Origin: Dendrobates tinctorius
Lineage: Eukaryota
Length of the DNA stretch: 64,000 bases
Direction: 5' to 3'
NCBI RefSeq assembly: GCF_039654945.1
Contig: NW_027361731.1
Coordinates: 22,134,001-22,198,000 of the forward strand
In this document: one piece after another, positions 36,481 to 49,449 of the stretch
How the letters are laid out: the number at the start of each line of letters is the position of its first letter
How positions within the stretch are numbered: the stretch's first letter is position 1
Notes under the pieces: generated by a model
The model's input: the letters and a program-made list of their open reading frames with translations, nothing else
The model's database searches: none
What the model was told of the DNA's origin: nothing
Made by a program: the position numbers and the translations under genes

Positions 36481-37950
36481 TCTCCCTGTTTGAGCCTGTT
36501 GCGACTTAGGAAATCAGCTGTTAAATTTTGTTTTCCTTTTACAGTATATGGAGGGCTGTAAGGGACAGAAGGTGAACCTCGGCGATCTGAAAGATACGAT
36601 TCGCCACATCCATTAAGGGCCTGGATCAGGTTCCCCCTGGTGGTTAATGTAGGCTACAGTTACCTGGTTGTCTGAGAATAGTCTGACGTGTTCGCCCTGT
36701 AGGGACATAAGGAAAGCACTTAGAGCCCGCTCCATGGCTAACAGCTCCTTAAGGTTAGAGGAAAAATTCTGTTCTGACGGTGTCCACGCTCCCTGGACCC
36801 ACCTATCCCCTATATGTGCTCCCCAGCTTCTGGGGCTAGCATTCGTGGTTAGAATTCGGGAGATCTGGTTTACCCAGGGAACTCCCCTACGCAGATTTGG
36901 TATCAGCGACCACCATCGTAGGGACTGAATGGTATTGTTGGATAAGGTAACTCTACCCTCGAGGCGACCTTCTAGCTGACGAGTGTTGTGTAAAATGTCC
37001 CACTGCAGGGTTCTGGTGTGGAATTGGGCCCAGAGTACTGCTGGTATACACGCCGTAAGTGAACCCAACAGTGACATTGCCCCTCTAAGAGTAATTGATG
37101 GATTGTCTATCACCCTGAGTATCTGACGCTGAATGTTGAATACTTTAGATTCTGGTAACCGACACTCCTGTATATCAGAGTCTAGGATAAGGCCGAGGAA
37201 CTGTTGCACTTTTAGGGGCTGCAGTCGTGACTTCTTAAAATTAATGATCCAACCTAGACCCTGAAGGCTGGATATTACTTTCCCTAATTGGGTGGTGCAG
37301 TGAGACTCCGAGTGCCCCACAATTAGTAGATCGTCTAGATATGGGATCACGAGAATATCTTTTTCGTTCAAATGAGCCATAACCTCCGCCATTATCTTCG
37401 TGAAGACCCGGTGTGCCACCCCAAAGGGAAGTGCCCTGTATTGGAAATGGCATACAACTCCGCCCAGTGAAACAGCCACCCTTAGAAATTGCTGATGATC
37501 TGCGTGTATCGGGACATAATAATAGGCGTCTTTAAGGTCTAAGACTACCATAAAGCACCCACTGAATAGTAATTTAACCGCTGATTTAACAGACTCCATT
37601 TTGAAAGAGTGAATTTCAATGAATTTATTGAGGCTTCAGAGATTAATAATGGTGCGGAAGGAGCCGTCTGGCTTCTTGGCTAGAAAGAGGGTGGAGTAAA
37701 TCCCCGTACCTCTTTGTAGCTCAGGAACCTTCACCAAGACACCCTTCTGGAGAAGATCCAGGATCTCTGCCTCCAACGCCTTCTGTTCTGTAGATGAAGA
37801 ACGGATGGAGGTTAGAAGAAACTTCTCACGAGGAGTATGCTGGCACTCAAACCTCAGTCCTATTCTGATAATGCTCCGTATCCAAGGACTGTTTCAAATA
37901 CGTGACCAGGCTGGGTAGAAGGACAACAACCTCCCCCCCACCTGGTCCGG
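36060..37950 (-). pseudogene. DIRS RT/RNase H/adenine-methyltransferase-like ORF (frameshifted)
   Basis: DLKDAY, LPFG, YLDD, NLKEL, SDNQVTVAYINHQG, then DLFAS..DAL..YAFPP..VAPFWPRRPWF. Confidence 0.9.
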
Positions 37951-37953
37951 CAG

Positions 37954-39394
37954 TCATTTCGGATCGCTGCGGTCCCGAGGGGTATTAAACATATACCCCC
38001 TACCTTTCCTCCTTGTGTCATATCTGGGTCTTTCTCTTGTTGTTCTCCTACGGTCAAACCACCTTCTGAAGGAATCTCGTCTGTAAGGTGGTCTTCCTAA
38101 GTAGGGGAAGCGTTTCTTGCTGTCGCCAGCTTTCTCTAACAGTTCATCTAGCACTTTACCAAATAAGTAAACCCCTTCGCATGGGATACCGCATAACTTT
38201 GATCTGGCCTGCATGTCACCTGGCCAACATTTGAGCCACAGGGCCCTACGGGCGGCATTGGAGAGGGCCGCGGATCTGGCTGCTTACTTCACAGAGTCTG
38301 CCGACGTGTCTGAGAGGAAGGCTGCCGCTCCCTGGGCTGTAGAGAGGGAGGAAAGAATGTCCTGTCTTGGGACCTTATCTCTAAGCTGCTCTTCCAACTG
38401 GTCCAACCATACCATTAAGGACCTGGCAGTGCACATGGCAGCGATCGCTGGTCGTAGGGCTCCAGCTGATGTTTCCCAGGTCCCCTTAAGGAACACATCC
38501 GCCTTCCTGTCCAGCGAGTCTTTTAGGCTACCAAGGTCTTCAAAAGGTAGGGACGTCTTTTTGCACGCTTCTTTTGAAGGCAGGAAGCAGGGAACCCTTC
38601 CTCTTGGGGTTTTTCCACTCCCTTGTGATAAGGGCACTAATCTTGTCTACCAATGGGAAGGACCTTCGATTTTTTCGGTCCAATCCCCGGAACATCGAAT
38701 CCTGTACTGACTTTTCTGTTGGGGTCTCCTCAATCCCCATTGTGCTGTTTACCGCCTTTACTAGATGATTGACTCGCTCTAGAGGAAAACAGGAATGGGC
38801 CGATCTGGCTTCAGATGATGATGATGAGGATGAATGTGACTTTAACTCCTGCGAGTCACTATCAGAGACCAGAACGGGAGATCTAGGGGACTTCTCCCTG
38901 AACCCTGTGTCGGGAGATAGGGATCTGACCGAACCCCTAACCTCCTGCCTGACTATCTCCCGTATACTGGCGGTAAAGACAGCGGTCTCTTCTGTGACTA
39001 GGCGATGTATGCAGGGTCTACATAGCTTCCTTCCCTGACCGTCCGGAAGGAGAACCCCACATTCGGCACACTCTCTGTGCTTGCTCTTCCCAGAGCACTT
39101 TTTCCCCTGGCAGAATGGAGAGAGGGAACATAAGGGGAACAGAAAATCACCAAGGTGAACTTCCTCGCAGCTCACTTACCCTGGCTTTTGACAGAGCGGT
39201 ACCGAGTTCGGTGGGGGGTCCATTGGAGCCGCCGATCCTTTACGGCTCGTGGACTTTTCTGGTTTGGCCTTCTGGGTAGATCTATGCTTCTCAGAGCAGC
39301 TGCTGCTGCTAGACCGCTGCTGGGATTTTTCTGAAGGCTGAGGCTGCGTCTGTGGATGCTCGTCCAGAGACTCTGCTTGCTCCTGCGACGCCAT
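37954..39394 (-). pseudogene. DIRS gag-like ORF (fragmented)
   Basis: CAEC..CRPC finger, LKDSLDRKAD and EGVYLFGKVLDEL motifs across ORFs 39176, 38540, 38284 and 37954. Confidence 0.75.
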
Positions 39395-41376
39395 TATTAG
39401 TCAATACCGAGCCAGAAGCGCCTCGCAGCTGAACTGAGGCAGCTAAGTAGCCGGCCAACACCCTGTACCGCCACATATGGGGCTCGCAGGTGTCCCACAT
39501 CCAGGCCTGCCGAGTACCCCTGATGTCCGGTTCTCCCCCGACCGTGCCCGTGGCGGGGACCAGAAACCCCTGACCGGGCACACGCCACCCCGGGTACGTC
39601 ACATACACGCACGCCACGGTCACCCAGCTCCCCCAGAGGCGCCCCCCCTGATGTCACGGCCGCTGGCCACAGCGCACGTTCGGCGCATCATACCGCGCGA
39701 CCGGGCCGCGTCACCGGTCCGCGCCCGTAAACCAGCGGCCCCTCCACCAGCGGAAGCAAACGCCCCGGGCTATGCCACGGACGCCCCCCCAGGGCCCGCG
39801 CCCCCCGCCGAAGGCGACCACCGCCAGGATCGGACGAGGAGGAACTGCCTGGACCTACTTACCCGGTACTGGCGTCGGGCCCCCAGAAGCAGGCTCTCCC
39901 CCTGAAGGCCTCTTCCACCTGCTGCCGCCTGCACCAACAGTCCCCCTGCCGTGCGGCCCTTCCAATACTCCAGACAGAGGCAGGGGACCCCCGCTGCCTG
40001 AACGGGCCTGCCGGGTATGGGATTCCATGCGGAAACACTCCAGACTCCTGAAGAAGGTATGTCTGAAGGGATCCCCTGTCAGGGACAGGAAACCAACTGA
40101 GGCGGGAGAGAGGGCCGCCCTTTTTATGTCTGTAGGTTTCCTGTCCCCGAAGGGCGGATCCCCTCTCTCGTGGTGCTGTCATGGCGACTGAATAAAAAAA
40201 GGCTGGGGGAAGGTTCTGGAAAGGCCAGTCAGCGAGGGGATCACAGGAGACAGCAAGGTCTGCTGAAGGGAAAGGGCAGAGAAGAAGCTCCAAAAGGGAC
40301 TGACAGCTGAAATAGGCCACTGGGGGTGGCCCGGACAGGAGGGGCCACAGACAGAGACAGACTGGGGGAACCACAACAAGAACGGACTCGGACTGGTAAA
40401 ACGCTGTGGTGGTAGGCTTAGGGCAGCCACAGTGGGAGTACCGCGAGGGACGTTAAGTACCTAAGAGCAAGAGAGTGAAGGTACCCGGTCCTGTGTTCGG
40501 AGTCGAACAGCTGCTGTGTGAAGCGGCGGAGATAGTCGAGCAGCTGCTGTTGAAAACTTGCGAAGGTAATCAAGCAGCTGCTGTGTGAAGTCGCTAATCG
40601 AGCAGCTGATGTGTGAAGCTGCGGGGCCTGTCGAGCAGCTGTTTTATAGAGCTGTGGAGCGTAGTGAGCAGCTGCTGAGTGAGCTGTGGGACGTGAAAAA
40701 ATTACGAACAATAAAGAAGACCTGTTTTACACAATACTGTCTCTGTCTCGAGTCTGTCTGTGGCCAGTAACGGACCACCCCCCCTGTCGGTTACCCCACC
40801 CGTACCTGCTATTACCACACACTGTCGGACGCTAGTTCTGTGGAGCTATGCACTGTGGCCTGTAGCTTTCCACTGACTCTAAGACTAAGTCCCTATCCAC
40901 ACACGTAATATCAGAGGGAGGGGATCTTAATGAGTCATTTGCAGGTTCATGCATCTGTCATCATTCACTCAGGTAGCAACTAGAGTCTATGTTACATCAT
41001 GGCCAAGCGGCCATGCAAACCTTTTATAGCCGGGACCTTCCGGAAGCTTCCAGATCCCAGAGATGGACCAATCAGATCTGGAGAAGGACCTGAGAATGTG
41101 ACTTCTGATCTCCACTGGGAGATCGTCTTGTGAGCATGCTCAGTGGAGCAACGGAAGGACTTAGCCTCTGGAGCGATTTGCTACTGAGTAGCCTGCATTG
41201 CTATTGCTGACCCAAAAGTGTCAGCAACAGCCAGACCCACAGAGCAGGTCTGGGCAGAGCATCTGGAATGACGGGGCTGCTGAGCAAGCTCCTCTGTGGT
41301 GGATAGAGAAAGGGAGACCGCAGAATGTGAGGCTCTGGAATCCTGTTGTGCCACTGCAGCAACCCGACGCCTAACA

Positions 41377-41530
41377 ATTCTGTATCACCAAGTTCACAGT
41401 CTCCTTAGCCGAGGGAAGACCGGCACAAGGAACAAAATGAGCAGCCTTAGTCAGACAATCAAGCACCACTAGAATCAAATTCATGCCACCAGAAGTAGGA
41501 ATATCCACAATGAAGTCCATAGAGATTGAG
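41377..41530 (-). pseudogene. Gypsy integrase fragment continuing at 32711-32672
   Basis: ISMDFIVDIP..LVVLDCLTKAAHFVPC.GLPSAKETVNLVIQN continues across the LTR insertion as IFQLHGVPDEV. Confidence 0.8.
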
Positions 41531-41605
41531 CCCCTTAGCACCTCCAGATTTGGATTGTAGGTGACTACTAGAGGTAACTGTAGCAAAATATTTTTGTATC
41601 CCCGG

Positions 41606-41852
41606 TAGTGATGAGCGAGTATACTCGTTGCTCTGGTGGTCTCCGAGTACTTTGGCATGCTCAGAGATATAGATTTCATCGCCTCAGCTACATGATGTGT
41701 GACTGCTAGACAGCTTGAATACATGTGTGGAATGCCTGTTTGTTAGGGAATTCCCACATGTATTCAGCCTGTCTACAAGTCGCAAATCATGCAGCTGAGA
41801 CGAAGAAAACGAAATCTGCGAGCACGCCAAAATACTCCGACATCACCCGAAC
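41606..41852. mobile_element. Palindromic MITE remnant (hAT-like left end tagtgatgagcga)
   Basis: Self-complementary about 41742 (tgaatacatgtg / cacatgtattca). Right end truncated. Confidence 0.55.
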
Positions 41853-42043
41853 TCCCAGATTTTTCTTTCTCTGTCACTATTAAAAAATGACCTTTCAATA
41901 TTAGGGCTTTTAGATCTGCCATACTGTGCCCAGGTCTAGAGAAGTGTATTCCTACAGGCGGATAATAGATAAAGTCCCCATACCCAACACAAAGCAGGGC
42001 TAGAAGATCATGGAGTCTTCTTCATGTACATCCTCCATATACC

Positions 42044-43503
42044 CCGTACACACACGGCTCCGCTCCGTACACCTCGTACACACACGGCTCCGCTCCGTAC
42101 ACCTCGTACACACACGGCTCCGCTCCGTAAACCTCGTACACACACGGCTCCGCTCCGTACACCTCGTATACACGCGGCTCCGCTCCGTACACCTCGTACA
42201 CACGCGGCTCTGCTCCGTACACATCGTACACACACGGCTCCGCTCCTTACACCTCGTACACACACGGCTCCGCTCCGTACACCTCACACACACGGCTCCG
42301 CTCCGTACACCTCGTACACACACGGCTCCGCTCCGTACACCTCGTACACACACGGCTAAGCTCCTTACACCTCGTACACACACGGCTCCGCTCCGTACAC
42401 CTCGTACACACACGGCTCCGCTCCGTACACATCGTACACACACGGCTCCGCTCCTTACACCTCGTACACACGTGGCTCCGCTCCTTACACCTCGTACACA
42501 CGCGGCTCCGCTCCTTACACCTCGTACACACACGGCTCCGCTCCATACACCTCGTACACACACGGCTCCGCTCCGTACACCTCGTACACACACGGCTCCG
42601 CTCCGTAAACCTCGTACACACACGGCTCCGCTCCGTACACCTCGTATACACGCGGCTCCGCTCCGTACACCTCGTACACACGCGGCTCTGCTCCGTACAC
42701 ATCGTACACACACGGCTCCGCTCCTTACACCTCGTACACACACGGCTCCGCTCCGTACACCTCACACACACGGCTCCGCTCCGTACACCTCGTACACACA
42801 CGGCTCCGCTCCGTACACCTCGTACACACACGGCTAAGCTCCTTACACCTCGTACACACACGGCTCCGCTCCGTACACCTCGTACACACACGGCTCCGCT
42901 CCGTACACATCGTACACACACGGCTCCGCTCCTTACACCTCGTACACACACGGCTCCGCTCCTTACACCTCGTACACACGCGGCTCCGCTCCTTACACCT
43001 CGTACACACACGGCTCCGCTCCGTACACCTCGCACACACACGGCTCCGCTCCGTACACCTCACACACACGGCTCCGCTCCGTACACCTCGTACACACACG
43101 GCTCCGCTCCTTACACCTCGTACACACACGGCTCCGCTCCTTACACCTCGTACACACACGGCACCGCTCCGTACACCTCATACACACACGGCTCCACTCC
43201 GTACACCTCGTACACACACGGCTCCGCTCCGTACACCTCGTACACACACGGCTCTGATCCGTACACACGCGGCTCCGCTCCGTACACGTCGTACACACAT
43301 GGCTCCGCTCCCTACACCTCGTACACACACGGCTCTGCTCCGTACACCTCATACACACACGGCTCCGCTCCGTACACCTCATACACACACGGCTCCGCTC
43401 CGTACACCTCGTACACACACGGCTCCGCTCCGTACACCTCATACACACACGGCTCCGCTCCGTACACCTCGCACACACGCACCTCCGCTCCGTACACCTC
43501 GTA
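42044..43503 (+). repeat. 30-bp minisatellite (acacacggctccgctccgtacacctcgtac), about 49 copies
   Basis: Direct tandem repeats without spacers; occasional 28-bp units. Confidence 0.97.
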
Positions 43504-44199
43504 AACCCCTCCTGACCCCACACATAAACTTCCCCTCATCCAGCACCATGACAACCAGCACAGCAGAGTCCTGCACACACTGAGGCCCCTGATCATGTGA
43601 CCCCTGACTCCTCCCCTCCTCTGACCTCATCACAGGTCCTGTGCGCACAGAGCAGCCATATATGTGGAGTGCGGTTCTGCGGGTGGAGGTAGGTGTTGGA
43701 GGCTCCATTATTCTGTATGTGGAGTGCGGGTGGAGGGGGGCCCCAGGCAGCTCACGGGGGGCAGAGATAGTGAATGGGTTTCCAGGCAGCACACTGGGGC
43801 CCCAGGCAGAACACGGGGGCTCCAGGCAGCACACAGAGGCCCAATCAGCGCACAAGGGGCAGAGACATAGAACGGGGTATATTCTGGCCCAGAGGGGTGT
43901 AAGTGGCCTAGGCCACTTTAACCACGGGTATATTCTGGGTGGGGGATTAATCTGGCCTGTTAAAACTCACTGCTCTAAAGTGTGGCCTAGTGTGCCTCTC
44001 CACCCACCGTCCGCCCCCATCAACCACATCTGCTGCTTCTTCCTCCTTCTTCACTGTGGTAAATGTTCTCACACAAGTCTCCGGCCTCAGAACCTCCACT
44101 TGTTTACCCACTACAGTTGCGGTGAGTGACAGCCCATCAGCTGTTACGGAAGTGGACATGCCTGCTGTTCTTGACAGATCTCAGTGACCAAACACATCA

Positions 44200-46400
44200 C
44201 ATCTTTCTCAATACACCATAACGTCTCCGTCTGCACCGCATTCACAGTCCGGGAGTTTCTTGTGTTCTCCATACTCCACCCTCTCTGCACTGGAGGAAGC
44301 CCTTGGTCCCGCAGTTGTGGTCACGTAAAAAATGGATCCTCCTACACATGGCAAAGCTAACAGCTTGAACTTCACCATCTCCAATCCGTTTGCCATGGAA
44401 ATGCTGCTTTTCCGCCTGGTGTATGCAGTCCTTTTCCGAAACCTGATGGCCATCGCAGTCACACAGTACCAGTTGCACTGTCGCCATTACTTATGTAAAA
44501 AAGCTTTGCCTGCACTACGACAGCATGTCACAGACAACATCAGCCACTCCTTGAAAAAAATCAATGTCTGCCAGTCTGCATTTCACTACTGACTCCTGGG
44601 TGGCTGTGGGGACAGGCGTGGAAGCGGCTGCTCTGTAAGTCTTGGAATCCCCAAGGCTTGCAGTACATTTTGGGATGGAGAAGTAAACCACTACACAGCA
44701 GAGGATGGAGAACTAAACTACTAGACAACAGGGGTTGGAAAAGTAAACTACTAAACACCTAGAGTTGGATAACTAAACCACTACAGACCAGGGGATGGAG
44801 AAATAAACCACTAGACGCCAAGGTGTCAATAGACACCAATTCTTGGCATAACCAAGGCTTGTGGGACAAACCTCTGTATCTAACACTTCCTCCACTGCTC
44901 TTGCCTCCTCCATCTCTTGTAGGACCTCCACCTGCACCTTCATCCTCTCTCTTAATGAGACACGCATTCCAACATTGAAGAGAGAATCCCCCTCCCTCCG
45001 TACTGGGCAGCCAGGTCTCGCCACAATCGGGCAGTGTTTAAATTAATATGTCTTGGAAATCACAGTCACACAGCTAAAGAATTGTGGACAGCTATCCAGG
45101 CCGAGTTTGAACAATGGCAGTCTCCACACAAACTGGATGCAGGGAATGGGCTGTGCGATAATGGTGCACATGCCTTGCATGGCTCACGTCCTCAACCTGG
45201 TGGTACAGAAATATCTCTACCACTATCGGGCATGGATTCGCTGCTGCAGAAAGCACTGTCAATGTGTTGTCACTTCCGCCGTTTGCACCACGTAGGTCAT
45301 CGACTTGAATCGCTACAGAGATCTTCCAGCCTACCGGTTAATCGTTTTATGTGCGATCTGCCAACATATTGCAGCGACTGTGGCAGCAGCAACAAGCCCT
45401 AGTGCAATATGTCCTTTTGCATAGCCTGGGCCAACATAGTAGAGATGTGGTGAAAATCATGCTTACATAGTGAGCGCAGATGAAGGACCTTTGCACCCTT
45501 CTGCACAGTTTTGAAATGGCTATTAAGATGGTTTTCGCTGACTATGCCATCATCAGCATCACTATTCCGGTCATCTACATGCTGGAGCACACTTTAAATA
45601 GTCTGCGGGAGGTTGTGGTGGTCCCAAAGGAAGATGTGGAAGTGATATCAATATCTCAAATTTCCAGACTGTTGTCGCACAAGCGGGTGCCATGGGAGGG
45701 TGGATTACAGCGATCGAGGGGTGGATCATGGTACCTGATAAACTGTTGGTGAAGGTACAGGAACAAATGAAGGAGGAAGAGGTGATGGGCATGCAACAGT
45801 CAGGAGAAGAGAATAATGATCCCCTCTCTGTTATCCGTGGTTGGCGGGAGAGTATATAGGAAGCAAGCCTGTGTGTTACCCTGTCAGCATTACACAATGT
45901 AATCGGACCGCATGGAAGCGCCCCACATATGAGCGAATTCTTGCTGCACTATCTACAACATGATGACCATATTTTTAGGATTCGAAATAGTGCTGACTAC
46001 TGGGTTGCCACGCTGTTCGATACAAGAGTACATTTTGCCAGTTGTTTTCCCCCTGTAATTGGATACGCATATGCTGCTGGAGTATTGAAACACGCTTGTA
46101 CACAAAATTAAGAGGTTCTTTTCCCCAAGACTGCAGTCACGCACAATTAGAGCATCAGAATTACAGAGTTCCAACCCTGGGAACATGCAAGAACAGTGGC
46201 AAAAGCAATTTCTGTGCATCATTTCACACATTTTTTAGACCAGCACGTGTACCAGCAGAAGAGAGTGCAAGTGTGACACTTGAATGACTGGAGAGGATGG
46301 TGCAGGAGTATGTTCAGCTCAGTATCAATACTATCAGGGAAAATTTGGACCCTTTTGCATTTTGGACTTCATTAATGTATGAGTGGCCTACCTTTCATGA
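44200..46400 (+). pseudogene. hAT (ZBED-like) transposase relic
   Basis: FRNLM..RHY..KKALPAL, HFTTDSW, CDNG, PCMAHVLNLVV, CDLPT, YWVATLFD and LDPFAFW..EWP remnants with many stops and frameshifts. Confidence 0.8.
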
Positions 46401-48106
46401 AGATGAGCAAGTCATGGATCTCCAATGACTTTTGCACCCCAATCGCAGACTGGGTGATGGTGTAGTTTTCAGTAGGCTGCATCGATCTTGCGTTATTATA
46501 GTATGTGACACCTTTGTCGTGGATCTGTGCCTGCTGTTGCTAATGTTGCTAACAATTTTTGGAAATATGGAGATTCTTAAGTTGTGTCTTCATCTGGTGG
46601 CTTGCCTGTAGTGGAAGGAGTGTCAGAGCCTCATTAAACAATTTCCACTCTGGGGAAATTGATGACCCTTTAGTGGTGTCTGCTCCTAATTTTTGGAAAT
46701 GTTGGGTCTTCCACATGTTTGTTGCCTGAATTTGGCAGGGTTCTCAGAGCATCAGGCCTACACCTGTCACTCATCCACCTGTTAATGATCAATGTTTAGG
46801 CTAGAAATGCAGGTCCAAGCCCTGCCACAGACCCTGCCCCATTCATCCATGCATTCAATTATACGAATAGTACTCTGGTTGGGTTGGGCGGTTGGAGAGT
46901 TAAGGTTTCGGGACAAACTAGGGTTATTCTGGTGCCAACTCTGAGCTCTGCACTGTGTATCATGTTAAGGTGGAGTAAGAGGAGGAGAGGACACTTATTG
47001 CAACGCTTGCCATCTACTTGAGCACATGCTGTTTCTGGCCCTCATTTACAAGGCTTACCGCTGTGTGGCTGCACAAGAAAGGGAGTTGAGTATTCTGTCC
47101 AGTAACACAAGTTGGCAGTTGTCTTTGGATAGGACGAGGTTTGTTCAGTAGAGCTTTCAGCAACATTACAGCCTACCCCAAGTAAACCTTGAACACCAAG
47201 CCTGTTCACCTTCCACCACAACCTTACTTTTTCCCATTCATGTTGGCTGTACCCTTCCCCTCTTTTAACTGGCTGTTTCACAACTCTAGGCCCAGACCTG
47301 TAAGTCACCTGTCACTAATTTAATAATCATTATTTATTGGCTGATATAGTGTGGCTAGACCACAGAATTAGCACAAAAGATTAATATGTTGAAATGTCGA
47401 CTGGTGCCTGCATCAGAGTATTATCCCAAATGACTTTTATTAGTAAATGTGACCTCTGGAGTCCTGACTTCAGCTCAGTATTAGCCCAAATAAATTTGAG
47501 TAGGAAATGTGGACTGTGGCCTGCACAACACTAGTAGCCATAATGATTTAGATTAGCAAATGGGATCTCCTGAGTCCTTCCCCTCATCAAACACGACCCC
47601 CCCCAAACCTAGGAAAAGTCCTAATGTCACGATTCAGCTGTCCCGGGTCACCTGACAAGGAGCTGCTTCACTGTCCCTAACAGTAGGGGGTGCCCTAGCT
47701 CACCCTATTCCCTGGATACTGAAGGTGAAGATGCCGGGGCAGCCACCCTTGCCTTACCTCTTGAGTTACCCCTCCATCTGTTCTCTTCCCCACCCAGGGA
47801 AGAGGGGTGCTACAGTGCACCGCAGTACACCAAACCAACAGACAAGGCTATACAAACAAGGGTAAACTGAAAACACCATGCATACAAATATTTACTCCCC
47901 TATAACAGAGGAATGCATCGGGAAGTGGAGGCCCAAGTAGAGGAAGGAAGGGAATTACCACACTTACAAACCACACAACAGTCACAGATAACTCCTCAAA
48001 ACTCCTTCTCATGTGAACACCTCGCCTCCTAAGCCATGAAACAAATGTTAGCTCTGACGTGTTTTTGAATCAGGACCCAGATTATAAAGGGAATAGGAGT
48101 GGCTAA

Positions 48107-48662
48107 GGCTGGTTTCACATTTGCGCTTTTGTGCGCTGCGCATCGTGCGCACCCGTGCGCATGCGCACTGCGCACCTATGTTTAACATGACGTGCGCATG
48201 GTCTTGCGCACACTTGCGTTTTCGTGCGCATGCTTTTTTTGTCTTTTGCGCCAGGCGCGCCAGACGCAACATGTTGGATTTTTTGGTGCGCCCTGTCTCG
48301 GCAAAAAAACACATGCGCACGCTTGCGCACGGAATGCGCAAAAACAACACATTGAAGTCTATGGGAACGCATGCGTGCGCATGGTCTTGCGCACGGTTGC
48401 GTTTTTTTGCGCATGCGTTTTTGAGTGAAACAAGTCTAGAATGTTCTCTAGACAATGGAAAAAATGTCACACCTAAAAACGCATGTGCATAAAAAAACGC
48501 AAACGCATGCAAAAACGCATGTAAAACGCAAGCAACGCTGCGTTTTTTTGACGCATCAGCGTGCGCATGATGTTAAAAAAACGCGCGTTTGTTTTACGTT
48601 TTTCTTTGCGTTTTTTATGCGCACGATGCGCTGCGCAAAAAAACGCTAATGTGAAACTAGCC
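48107..48662. mobile_element. Harbinger-like MITE of the same family as 18280-19471, opposite orientation, no telomeric array
   Basis: TIR ggctggtttcaca / tgtgaaactagcc flanked by TAA and TTA; rich in aaaacgca/tgcgtttt motifs. Confidence 0.8.
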
Positions 48663-49449
48663 TTAGCGAGTACAGCTGAGAGTTCAGAGTTTCCAACATG
48701 GTCGATTAACCCATGTTCTGCCAAAAGAAATAAACACCATTAAAAAGAAGTGCTTTTCAGCACAGGAGTAGGAGCAATTGGACGCTGCGGTCTTCCGGCT
48801 ACTTTCTGTTGCGGAAACCCTGTGACACCTAACAAAACATTATTGGAAACGTGATCATTTACCGAAATGTGCTCGAACTTTTCTTGGGAACACAAATCCG
48901 AATTTGAGATCGGCGAACATTTTCCGACAAGTTCGCACATCTCTACCCCCTGTATCGTACATTGCACGTTGATGCCTTCCTGGACAATTATTTTTCTTTT
49001 TTTTTTCATGGATTCCTAACAAAATGAGTCCTGTGACCTCACTATAGGCACCGTCTTTTGTCCTCAGAACGGACGGGGTCCTGAGATGCCATTTTTTGGC
49101 GTCTTATCTGCTGTCTTCCGGTCACTTCTTGTAACTGTTTTGCAGCTTTAGAAACCTGAAGGGGTTAAGAGAAGTTAAAATACTGAACAAATGAACAGTG
49201 AGTTGTTTTTCATTTTTGTGCATTATGTTCCAACGTTTGCACTTTTTAGGATTGGTTACGGGACGTGTCCACCTGAAAAGACACGGTGTGCACATGTCCT
49301 TACACTATACCAGCATCACTGCTCCTGTATCTTGTTTTCCCATGGTATTTTGTATGAATCTTCATCAGCTGATCTTCCTTCCATTTAGGATCCTGGCAGA
49401 TACAATCGGTATAATTATCTTCTAGAAGATTTACTTTAAACTTTAACGA

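Larger units (their letters stand above)
34677..40196 (-). mobile_element. DIRS1-like tyrosine-recombinase retrotransposon
   Basis: Inverted terminal repeats at about 34717-34784 and 40117-40183. The internal complementary region (about 34945-35020) joins both termini (agctgagca/tttattcagtcgcc). Encodes gag, RT/RH/MT and YR. Confidence 0.93.
34436..40819. mobile_element. Solo LTR Y (about 860 bp) interrupted by the DIRS element
   Basis: TG..CA termini with TSD CACT (34432-34435, 40820-40823). AATAAA at about 40709. Confidence 0.65.
32712..41376 (-). mobile_element. Solo LTR related to the mini-element LTRs, split by nested insertions (pieces 32712-33025, 34342-34435, 40824-41376)
   Basis: TGTTAGG..CCTAACA termini with ATTCTG duplicated on both sides. 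Shares ggggtccaccgtgc, gacctaccgt and ggacttagcctctgga with the mini-element LTRs. Confidence 0.8.

Noticed and set aside
42044-43503. CRISPR-like array or repeat proteins (RVCTRCTERS / VRGVRSGAVC ORFs)
   Set aside because: Head-to-tail 30-bp units with no unique spacers and no cas genes; the ORFs arise because the unit is a multiple of three and lacks stops.
48048-48743. Cluster of C/A/H/R-rich ORFs on both strands (also 19117-19615)
   Set aside because: Products of tgcg/cgca-rich MITE sequence.
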